DNA of 64,000 nucleotides from Neocallimastix sp. 'constans' (Eukaryota): NCBI GenBank assembly GCA_050613775.1, contig JBODTK010000125.1, positions 186,001 to 250,000 of the forward strand, read 5' to 3'. Shown piece by piece: positions 1 to 11,572 of this stretch (position 1 is its first letter; each line of letters starts with the position of its first letter). The notes under the pieces were generated by a model. It saw only the letters and a program-made list of their open reading frames with translations, ran no database searches and was not told where the DNA came from. The position numbers and the translations under genes were made by a program.

Positions 1-1250
1 TTTCAAATTCGAAATTTTTTTTACATCACGAACTAATAAAACATCTAGTTCATTTCTTAATGTAACTAATTATTATTCATAATCATCTTGCTGAGATTTT
101 AAAACTTTTACAGAATGAAATTCAATACATTCTTTAATATTTCATTTATTTCCACTAAAAATATATACAAAAACATAAATTACTAACGAGTTCAGTAATA
201 AAATTTTAAAATTATAGCGACTTTTAAAAGAATTATAAATTTTGAATAAATATATATTCAAAATTTATATGAATCAATTGAGATTAATCCTATAACCACT
301 GACAAAAACATTTAATAAACCATATGAATATTACAAAATTAACTAGTTTAATATTTTTTAAATATATATACACCATAACAATTCCAATGAAAAAATTCAA
401 ATAATTATATAAATTTAATTTTTTCTTTATTAATATTTTCAATTTTAAATCTATTTTACAAATTTAATTTATTAATTTACAAACTATTTATTTATTATCA
501 AATAAAATCATATTTAATAAAATTTTAATAATATAATTTTTAAATTAATTATTTCACTATAAGATTTTTATTATTTTCAGTAATAAAGTGGTATCATAGA
601 TTAAAAGCGATATTCGACACTAGGCGTTGTGTCATCAACTAATAATCACTCAAACGCAAATTACGACCATCATTAAATAATAAAAATTTTTTGAAAAAAC
701 ATTTATTTGTTTATTAATTAAAAACATATAATAACTAAATTATAATTATTATATCTTCATAACTAATAATAATAAATAAATCAGAGAATTGTAGTTTATT
801 TTTGACTATCATATAATATACTTATAATATAGCAAAAATTCTTCATCATTTTATTTTTTAAATGTTTCTTAATCAATATGTAATAGAGTATTTATTTTAT
901 TAATTAAAATATTTTACTCCCTATTACATAATAAAATTATACATACTTTTTTTTGCATTATTTATTCATAATTTTCAGAGATCTTGGTGATAATTTATAA
1001 ATTGTCATCATAATATAAATATTAAGGAGCGAATAATCATCACTAAATTATAAATAAATAATATTATCTTTTACTCAATTAATAATATTAATATAAACCT
1101 TATCTTTATATTATTTATTATTAATATTCAGTTTCTTTACAAAGATGAAAATTTGAAAATCTATAAAAAAGAAAGAACTTTTATATGGAAATTTAAATAA
1201 AGTTAATTGGTTCTGATATTATTTAATGATTGGATTAAATATTTTTAGTA
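1..1250 (-). pseudogene. Heavily decayed coding-like sequence, possible inverted paralog of the 1941-3388 gene
   Basis: Minus-strand fragments NDEEFLLYYKY (~850), FNDGRNLRLSDY (~675) and RNELDVLLVRD (~55) echo NNENFILLSKY, FKDNRCRSVKLLNY and SEMELFLIR of the + strand ORF. Order is the same and the last two are similarly spaced. Many stops. Confidence 0.3.
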
Positions 1251-1940
1251 TTTAATTTAATGTAAAAAAATATTAATAATTGTTGTTTATTTATTTAAAA
1301 TAATAATACATTTAGTATTATGGATAACAAGAAGAAAAGTGGATTGTACATTCATAATATTTTATAAAGAATGTATATCACGTGATTACATTGGTTTCAT
1401 ATATTCAAGTTATACATATTATTTAAAAAGATTGTTAATATAAATTTATACAACATAAAATAAACGTATTAAATAATTTATAAAACATAAATATTCTTAA
1501 ATAAATCACATAATGAATAAATATATATTTATTAATAATATATAAAATAATATAATTAAATACATAGAATAAAATACATGAAATTTTTTACAATAATATT
1601 AATCTAACCGGAGTACTTGTATAATAAACATTTTCCCAGTAAAACTTCAGTATTTCTCCTGGAAGTTAATTATTGTACTTGTGTATTATTAACCTACTCC
1701 ATATTATATCACAAAATAAAATTTGAGGTTCTATTTAAAATTATTAATATATATATATATATATTTTTTCTCATTTTATATATATTAAAATATTTATTTA
1801 GTTAGTTATTTTTATTTAATATTTTATTTTAAAGAGTTATTATACTTAGAGGGTTATAAATATTCAATTATATTTTTATAATTATTTTATTGATAATTTG
1901 AGATTTTATATTACTTGTAAAAAATGCTTTTATTTTTATT

Positions 1941-3388
1941 ATGAATAAACTAGAAAAAAATACAAATTTATTTTATTAAGAACTAGTTTCAACATGTAAT
2001 CCTGAACGCTTATTAGAAATAGCTAGAAAAGGAATTTATTTATATGAACCTTTATTTAACTATAATAAGATAAAAAATCATGAATGTGTAATAGAAATAA
2101 GTTTATTAGCTAGTCAGTATTTTAGAATAGATAATATTAAGCAGTATAAAATTTATTAATTTTTGCGATACCCGTAAACAGATGAAAAATAATTTTAATA
2201 TATTTCCTTATAATAATAGTTATCCTGACACTATATTTAAGTTACTTATTATTAATAATTTTTTAATAGATAAATTTCTAAATGAAGATAATAATGAAAA
2301 TTTTATATTACTATCAAAATATTTAGGTTATGAAATGACTTTAATATATTTATATAAATATAATTATATAAATATTGAATTATATAATTTATTTCATATA
2401 TATTCTTCAGTTTTATCAACACAATTTGAAATATCAGAATTTTTAAGTAAAGATAATGATTATTTTTTAGAAAAACAATCTAAATCCAAATATTCTGTTT
2501 TTGCACTTAACAGTATTTTCAAAGACAATCGTTGTCGTAGTGTAAAATTATTAAACTATTTATCCAACAATTTTTCGGATATTAGTAATGATTATGATAA
2601 TACTCAAGATATTAACATTCCATTATTTTTTCCTTTCGATATTATAAAAAAATATAAAAATAAATTTTTTAAACCAAATACTTTATATGTAACTTGTAAT
2701 GATAAATTTTCAGAAGAATTTATTAATGTTGTATTTACTGATATGGGTATTAAATCATTTCTTGAATTAAAAATTAATTATTCTTGGCGTAGTGCTATTT
2801 TTGATAGAAACAATTTTAATTATAATGATAAATTTAATTATAAAATAATAAATAAAAATGAAAATAAAAACAAAAAATATATACGATTATTATGGAGTAA
2901 TATCAAGAATGATAAACCGATTTATGACTTTGCTGAAGAATTTATTAAATTAAAAAAACCTAAAAAATATAATACTTTAAATAAATATGATCTTTTAGAT
3001 TTCTATAGTGATAGAGAGGAAGACGTTGATAATGATTATTTAAATAAGTTAAATTTTGTTAATAATTATTTATTAAATAACAATGAATTAAATAAAATAT
3101 TGGACGATCCAATGTATATTTTTAATTCGAAATTCGATACTACTAGTGAAATGGAACTTTTCCTAATTCGTTAACTTGTATCATTTCATTATTACATAAT
3201 AATTACAACAAACATTTAATACAATTTTTATTAGAAAATAATAGATATTTAGAATTGATGGATAATAAAATAACATATTATATATGGGAAAAAGATCCTT
3301 ATAATGAAGATGATTTGTATGTTGAAAATTACATTTTCCAATTACTTAAAAATACACCAAATCCTATTTTTAATAGTTATATATACTA
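1941..3388 (+). pseudogene. Intronless N/K/Y/I-rich protein of unknown function, disrupted
   Basis: The 330-aa ORF (2182-3174) extends upstream to an ATG at 1941 (MNKLEKNTNLFY*ELVSTCNPERLLEIARKG) across a stop and a frameshift. It continues downstream to ...LLKNTPNPIFNSYIY* (~3388). No recognisable domain. Confidence 0.55.
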
Positions 3389-3746
3389 AACAATTTAAAT
3401 AAAGAAATGAATTATATTAAAATAAAATATAATGAATTTATTTTAGAAATAATAGTTAGTATTTTTAAAAGGTTTTACTTTTTAAGAAGTATTTAATAAA
3501 ATAAGAAAATATTATAATTTGCTATTATTTAAAAATTCATTTTACTGGTTCACTAACATTATATAAATTAATATACCGTTTAAAATTTTATCAACTTTTA
3601 CTTTATTTAATATTTTTAATAGTAACAAACATAGTTTGATATTTAATCGTAAATTAAATATCAAATTCTAAAAAATAAATTATAAAATTTTAAAAATATT
3701 TTCATGTATAAAATATAATAATATAAAATGATTTATTATCCGAATT

Positions 3747-4198
3747 GTCTCCTTCTTGGCGGAAATGCAGTATTTGAAATCTTAAAGATCGGCTCGGGGG
3801 AAAGAAGGCGATTTATTAATAATATTTTTCAATCACCTTCGAACGAGTCTTCTTTCCCGATTTCATATTTTGTGGGGCTTGCGGAATTCCTTACTAACGT
3901 TATGCCTATTGTGATTGATGATTTTTACACCATGATCGATTTGTATAGTGTTAGACCTACCGTTGTCAAGAGCGTCGACGTCGTAACGATAAGGCAAAGA
4001 AGAAATTCTGATACAGATTCGAATGATAATTTTCATTCACATGGAGTTATCTTCGATGAATGGGAAGAGTTAGAGGCCATTTCGTCCTCGAATCTCATAA
4101 CGTAGTTTTTTAATATTAATATAAAAAAAAAAAATTTCATGTATTTAAACTTCATGTATTTTTTAAAAAAAATATTATTAAATAAAGTTTATTCCTAG

Positions 4199-4237
<39 letters not shown>
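3747..4237 (+). mobile_element. 5'-truncated LINE (3' end only), related to the 44.9-49.2 kb LINE
   Basis: Translation LLGG...SYFVGLAEFLTNVMP...TVVKSVDV..IR matches the full LINE C-terminus (LLGG...SYFVEIAKFLTNVIP...TVVESIDV..IR). Same 3' end TAAATAAAGTT...TAGTCT + poly(A) 4202-4238. 12-bp TSD ATTATCCGAATT at 3735-3746 and 4238-4249. Confidence 0.92.
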
Positions 4238-4240
<3 letters not shown>

Positions 4241-4287
4241 ATCCGAATTATTTAAGATTTAAAAAAAAAAATTAATTAATAATTGAA

Positions 4288-5396
4288 ATGAAGTCAATTG
4301 TATTGCTAACTTTTATTCTATTCATTAAAATTACTTTAACAAATAAAGCTAAAGAATTTTGCCCATATAATTCAGAAGGGGTCATAAAAATTTATGATCC
4401 CATATATATTGATGATAAAGGAAATACGGTATATGCAAAAACCATTGAAGAATATGCTAAATTCTTAGGACCAACTTGGAATGGTGTTTCATTTTGTGGT
4501 AATAATACAATTGTTAATAGTATGGGATTGTATTTTGATATATCCAAATCTAAAATTCAAAAAAGAGAAGTAGAGAATATAAGTGAAGAAAAGGAAGAAA
4601 AAAATTTCTTTAGAGGGAATAATACATTATTAGATTCAGACTATAAAAAATTATCAGAGGATTATATTAATAGTATATATGATAAATTACAAAATTCAAA
4701 GAAACGTTGTATTCCATTAACGAGTATCAATCCAGGATTTAATCCTTATCACAAAAATTTAACAATAGGTGTTGATGCTGCGAATGTTAGATATGCATTA
4801 GGTAATATAATAAATATTGACAAAAATATTTTTAATAATATTCCATCCGGGATTACTAAATGTAGTGCAGTGAATAATTGTAAGGGATGTAATGTTGTAT
4901 GTAATGCTATTATAACAGGGTCTATTGAAAAACAATACAGTATATCAGACTCTAATGGAATTACGCGTTCTTCAACTTATGGAACGGTTACAGAAAATAT
5001 ACCTCAACTAATTCATTTAATCCTAAGTCAAATGCGGTTTGGTTATATAATAAATACTATAATAAATGTCTATATGCTAATGGTTTTAAAAATGAACCTA
5101 TAACTTATGAAGATTGCTTCGATCATAATAAATATAAATGGTATTTTGAGAAAATTAATGGTAATACCTATTTTGTATCTGCAGCTAAACATAATTTATG
5201 CATGAGAGCTATTAAAAATAGAATGACATTAGGTGAATGTGATGAAAAGGCTATTTTGAAATATATTAAAGCATCAAAATCTATAAAAAGCAGTAATAAA
5301 TGTCTTAGCGGTATTGATGATAATGATGATCCTTATTCTCAATATGAAGTAAGGCTAAGTAGTTGTAATAGACATGATGAAAAGCAAATGTGGTAA
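4288..5396 (+). pseudogene. Secreted Cys-containing protein with Ser/Thr-rich segment and C-terminal ricin-B (beta-trefoil) lectin domain, frameshifted
   Basis: Signal peptide MKSIVLLTFILFIKITLT. After a frameshift near 5000 it reads VWLYNKYYNKCLY...CFDHNKYKWYF...LC...LGECD...KCL...VRLSSCNRHDEKQMW, showing ricin-B Cys/QxW patterns. No introns. Confidence 0.7.
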
Positions 5397-5512
5397 TTTA
5401 TATCTGATATATCTTCTATATCAAATTAATTGAATATTGAATTAATATATTTAGTTGTTTTTATTTCTACAAAAATAAATAATGTTATACTAATACCTTA
5501 TAATATTAATTA

Positions 5513-5550
<38 letters not shown>

Positions 5551-5818
5551 TTAATAATAAAAATAGTTCAAAAAAAAAAAATAATAATAATAATAAATAA
5601 ATAATTAGTAAATAAAAAAATAAAAATATTAAAAAATAAGAATATAAAATATAAAAATTTAAAAAATAAAAGTTTAAAAAAAATATATATATATATATAT
5701 ATTAATTAAATAATAAATAATAATAATATATATATATATAAAATATAAAAATAAGCAAATAAATAGTGTTTAAAAGGTATTATAAAAAAAATTTTTTTAA
5801 ATAATCCTCAAATTAAAA

Positions 5819-5869
<51 letters not shown>

Positions 5870-6580
5870 AAATTATAATAAAATAGTTTAATAAATAAAA
5901 ATAATATCTATTACATGTAATATTATACTATATACTGGAAGTTAAAAATTAAAGAAATATTTTTATAAAACAAAAAAAGATATTTTTTTAAAACTAGATA
6001 AAATATATTGAATATGTTTTTATTGGGGGTATTTAATTATTTTATTTTATTTTATTTTTTTGTTTTTTGTTTTTTGTTTTTTTCTGCTTATTTATTTAAA
6101 TTGTATATATTGTCTACAAACGTTATTTACCAATAATTTAAAAGAAATATCTTTATTTTAATTAAATTTCAAAGAATTAATCGTTTAGACGCTTATGTAA
6201 CCTTACATAAAAAAAATATGAAATATTAAATAATATTATTATTATAAATAAAATAATAAAAAAAAAAAGAAAAAATAATAATAAAAAAAAATTAATTATT
6301 AATTTACTTTTTAATATTTTGTTCAACTTTATTTTAGTATAAAAATTCATAAATATTTAATTATATTTTTATTCTATTTTAATATGACTTACATAATATA
6401 ATTAATCCATTAAAAAAACGTATTTCACATAATAGAACAAAACTATTTATATTTTAAATAATATAAAGTTTTTATAATAAATAAAATCTCCTATCTCTGT
6501 CTTCAATATAAAATCTAATATTTAATCGTGATTATAAAATGATTTTTAAAATAATAAATTTAGATAAAATTATTAATTAA

Positions 6581-7949
6581 ATGATTTTAGGAATATTTAT
6601 TATCGTAAATGTCTTAAATAAAATTAATGCTTTACCTCAAGATTTAAAAGGCAATAATAAAGTGTCTGTCTGGATATACATTGAATATTTAGATAGCTGT
6701 TTATATGCTTCAGGTTATTCAGATGAACCAATAACATACGATTATTGTAATAATAGTATTGTGGTATATTGGTGAAGATGATGATGGCATTTATTTCATG
6801 TCTGCCTCTGATAAAGAATTTTGTATATCCTATGTTGACGATCAAATCATATTAGCAAAGTGTGACGAAAATGCTCTTATGAAATATGATGAAGTATCAA
6901 AATTTATCAAAAGTGATAATATGTGTATAAGTGCTATTGATGATTTAAGGGATGAAGAATTTTTAAGGCTAACTAAATGTGATAGATATAATAAAAAAAT
7001 ATTTTGGGAAATATCATATAAAAAACCTACAAAAAAAATCAATGCCACGACCATGACTACTACTACCACTACAACAATAAATACTACTCCAACATCTAAA
7101 CCAATGTAGATATACAATGATAACACTGAGAAATGTTTATATGCTCCTGAATATGAAGATGAAATTCCAACTTATGAAAAGTGTAATAATATAGATAATT
7201 ATCAATGGTATGTTGCAAGTACTAAAGGGGAAACTTTCTTCAAATCAAAAAGTAATTTGGATTTATGTTTAAGAGTTTCTGATAATGATAATTCTAAAGT
7301 AATGATGGGTAAGTGTGATGCAAATGATATTTTGCGTTATCGTAGAAATGATGGAATTATCACTAGTAAATTATCAGAAAGTTTATGTCTTGGAAATTCT
7401 CATATTTTCTTCTATCAAAGTTGCAAGTAAAATTTTATGATTGTGATTATGAAATTAATGAAGATCAGATTTGGATTATGCTAAATTCAAACCCTACCAA
7501 AAAGTTTACTACTACTACTACTACTACTACAAAATCTCCATCTCCTACTATAAATACTAGCTATCGTTGTGGTAAAGATTTTAACAATAAATCATGTTCA
7601 AAAGGTGAATGTTGTATTAAATTGTGGAACTTCGAAAGACTATTGTGGCACTAGATGTCAAGCCAGTTATGGTAGATGTAATGATGGCGGTCGTTGTGGC
7701 GAAAATTATGGAAAGTGTCTTAATGATAAACAATGTTGAAGTCAATATGGCTATTGTGACATTTCGGATGCTCATTGTGGATCAAAATGTCAAAGTGAAT
7801 TTGGGTTATGATACGGCTCTCACGATTAATGTGGCGAACAATATGGTAGATGTAAAGGTGATAAATTCTGCAGTAAATGGGGTTATTGTAGTACATCCAG
7901 TGACCATTGTAGAAATGGATGTCAACCAAAGTATGGTTTATACAAATAA
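6581..7949 (+). pseudogene. Secreted lectin: two ricin-B domains, Thr linkers and three CBM18 (hevein-like) chitin-binding modules, disrupted
   Basis: Hydrophobic N-terminus; two WIY...CLYA...C...WY...C beta-trefoil repeats; poly-Thr linkers; RCGKDFNNKSCSKGECC..CGTSKDYCG, RCGENYGKC...SQYGYCDISDAHCG and CGEQYGRC...CSKWGYCSTSSDHC. Several stops and frameshifts. Confidence 0.85.
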
Positions 7950-8754
7950 AAATTTAATTAGTTTGATAAATGAATTTTTAAATCTTTATTTATTAAAGTT
8001 TTATAAAAATGATATATTATATAAAAAATAAATATAATTCTATCTATTAAAAGCAATAAAAAATAAAAATTAAATATAATATAAAAAAAATTATATTAAA
8101 AAAAATTAAAAAAGTAAAATAAAAAATAAATGTTAAAATAATAAAAAAAATTATAATTTATTCAATATAAATTATAATTATAACAATAGATTCCATAGAT
8201 ATTTTAGATATAGTATTTTTGAACTATTACCTAATAAATTTATAAAAATGTTTTTATAAAAGTCAAAAAAAAGTAATAAATAAATAAATCAATAAAATAA
8301 GTTAAAATAAATTATAAAAAATGAAATAAAATTAAAAAAAAAGAAATTGATAATTTAAAAAAAAAAAAATTGAATAAAATAAAAATGATATTAAATGCTA
8401 AAATAGTAAAAGATTTTTTAAAAATTTAAATTTATTTCTTTTTTTAAAAAAAAAAAAATTTATTTATTTGTAATTAATATTTTATTTCAAAATAAAAAAA
8501 AATAAATAATATTAATAATAATTTTTAAATTAAAAAACTTTTTTCTTAAAGATACTTATTCTCTAATCTAAATTAAATTTTTTTAATATAATATTATTAT
8601 ATTGATTTAAAACTTTTTTTTTTTTAGATTTGAATAAAAAAATTAAATCATGTATTATAAATTTATTTTTCTTTAAACAAAAAAATTTATTTCATTGGTG
8701 TAAATTTATTTAATTGTTACACAATATATATTCAATAATTTTAGTTTTTTAGAT

Positions 8755-10585
8755 TTGTTAAGATATACTTTCATCCAATAAATCCAAGTATTCCAAAAAA
8801 TTTGAAAAAAAGTCAAAGAATATTTCAGAATATTCTTTCACTTTTGATAGGGAAACATTATCAATCAAGCAAATGTACGAAGAAATTCGTTCGGCAAACT
8901 TTTCAAAAAAACCGGAGCTTCAAAATCATTTACTTAATGCGTTTATCAAAAATATTCCAGTTTTACCAATCAATATGAGACCATCTATTCTAGATTCTAG
9001 TAACATTACGATTCATAATAATGTAACAACATTATATCAACTTGTATTAGATCTCAACTACCAATATCAAAATGGATATTTAATTAAGTCCGTCTATATT
9101 TTACGTGGGTATAATTTATATAAGAAAATTTTTAGGTATTCGTAATAAAAACGATTCTGTTGAGGATGCTAATTGAAATTATATTAAACAGATTTTATCA
9201 GGAAAAAATGGTATTTTCCGAAGTATGTGTTTAGCTAAACGTCAAAACTTCTGTCTTCGAAGTGTTATCGTACCAAATATTGATATCCCTTTAGATGTAG
9301 TATTAATTCCTAAAGTCTTTACTGATTCCTTTATTTCCTATGGGCATAAAACCAATGACTTTGTTATCATCAATAGACAACCTACACTTCAAACTACTTC
9401 AATCTTAGACGTTCATTCTCGTCTAAGTAACTGTCGAACCATTCAGATCAATCCACTTATTGCCAATGTCTTTCAAGCTGATTTTGACGGTGACGAGATG
9501 AACATTTTTTGGTTACCAGGTGAAGAAGCTAAAGAAGAGTTGGCCACAAAATTAAATATTGAAAATAATATCAGATCATTTAAAAATGTTTCTATTATGA
9601 TCAAATTTATACAAGATACTTTAACCGGAATTTATAATATGACACTTAATAAAGAAATTATTGATATTGATATTGTTAAAAAAATATGCGATAAATTGAG
9701 CATTCCCGATAGTGATTGGAAAAAATTTTGTAAATACTACAAATCGCGTATGAATAGTACGGATATCCCATATGCTCACCTATTATCTTTATTACTTCCT
9801 AGAACGCTTACTTTACATGATCATGAAGGTAAATTGATCGTAGATAAAGGAATATTACTAGGTGTTATCAGCGATAAAAAGCAAACTATTTTACTTTATG
9901 CTATTTCAAATTATGGTAATGAATTCTATTTAAAAATTATGTGGGATGTTAAACGTATGGTTCATGTGTATAATCTTTCTTATGTTATTACTATTTCTAT
10001 TGCTGATTGTATGGTAAATGATAAATTAAGAGAATCATATCTTCCCATAATGGATAGTATCTTAAATAAAATGGATCCCATACCTTTGTTAAATCTTGAC
10101 TGATTGATAGAAAATCAAAATAAATTTGAAAATTATAATTGAGTTTAAGAATCAAGTTTTTCGCAAATATTGTGACCTTACAGAATTAGTGAAATCCATC
10201 GATAATAATTTTAACTAATATCATTAACAGTGGATCTAAAATAAATGTGGATAATGTTATTCAAATATTGATGTCGGTTGGAGTTCAAGTTATTTTACCA
10301 GTTTGTTATATTAAAAGGTCCTATTCCTAAGGATTAACAGCAAAAGAATTATTTATTCATTCAAAATATGGTAGTGCAAGTATTATTTCTACTTCTCTTA
10401 ATACATCATCTACAGGGTATTTACAAAGAGAGCTTATTAAAAGTATGGAAAATTTAGTAAACGATGAACAAGGAGTAGTTCATAACTACACCAATGAGGA
10501 GATATATTATTACCCATTTAGTACGAATAAGCCAGACATTGATGAAACATTTTTAGAGCATGCATTTTCTATGGCTAGTCTTTAA
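8755..10585 (+). pseudogene. Divergent, reduced multisubunit DNA-dependent RNA polymerase largest-subunit (RPB1/beta'-like) N-terminal half, intronless, disrupted
   Basis: Ordered motifs IPVLPINMRPS, LSGKNGIFRSMCLAKRQNFCLRSVI, VIINRQPTL, QADFDGDEMN (9474-9503), IQDTLTGIY, IINSGSK, SYS*GLTAKELFIH and bridge helix TSSTGYLQRELIKSMENL. Stop at 10583-10585; internal stops and frameshifts. Confidence 0.9.
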
Positions 10586-11572
10586 CTAAATATGATATAT
10601 AGAGACAGTCAATATGATATTACAGATATAAAAATAGGATATATTATAAAATATATTATTGATATCAAAAAAGGTGTATTTTAACCTTTTAAAAATATTT
10701 TAAATAAAAAAAAATTTATTATTATTACTGTATATTTAATTTTATTTTTTTTTAAAAAACATTATATACATTTATGAAATAGTTAATTATTTAAACATTT
10801 TTTTTTTACATTCTTTTTTTTTTAAAAAATCATATACATATATAAATGGAATAAACAATTAATTTTATTTTTAAAAATAAATAAATTAAGGTAAATAATT
10901 TACAATTTACATGATTTAAAATATTAAATATTAATATAAATAAAAATATTATTATGATTGATATAAATATAAAAATTATTGAAATATTAAATTAAAAATA
11001 ATTAAATAGAATTTAAATTTGTTATTGAGTTTTTTTTTTTTTATTTATAAATTTAAAATATCGTAAAGAATTACAATTGAATTTACACGTTTATACATGC
11101 TTTTAATTATTAATTTTATTTTTCATAGTTTTATACATGAATATAATTATTATAATTATTATTTTTTTTTTTTTTTTTTTTTTAATTTTGAATATAATTT
11201 TAATTTTTATTTTATTTTAATCTTTTAATTTTTTGTATTAGAAATTATTCAGAATTAATATTCAAGGTTATATAAGATTTTGAATTATAAAAAAAAATAT
11301 TATAATGATCATTGATAATTTTATTTATTTTATTGTATATTACTACCGATTATTTTTAATAATAACACTATCGCGTTGATATTTTTATTACTTTATCTTT
11401 ATTTAATTATTTTGATTATTTATATATTTATATATTTATATATATATATCAATTTTTTTTTATATATATTTATTTTGTTTTCTACATAAAATTATTTTTA
11501 TTTTGGAAAGTTTTCATATATTCTTTGTAATAAATTAATAGTAATGAGAAATATTTTTTAAAAATTTAATTT

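Noticed and set aside
8755..10585. Functional host RPB1/RPC1/RPA1
   Set aside because: Intronless, multiply disrupted, far too divergent and missing conserved domains.
10586..10615. Yeast linear-plasmid UCS promoter (ATATGA) after the RNAP gene
   Set aside because: The hexamer is ubiquitous in DNA this AT-rich, so it carries no evidential value.
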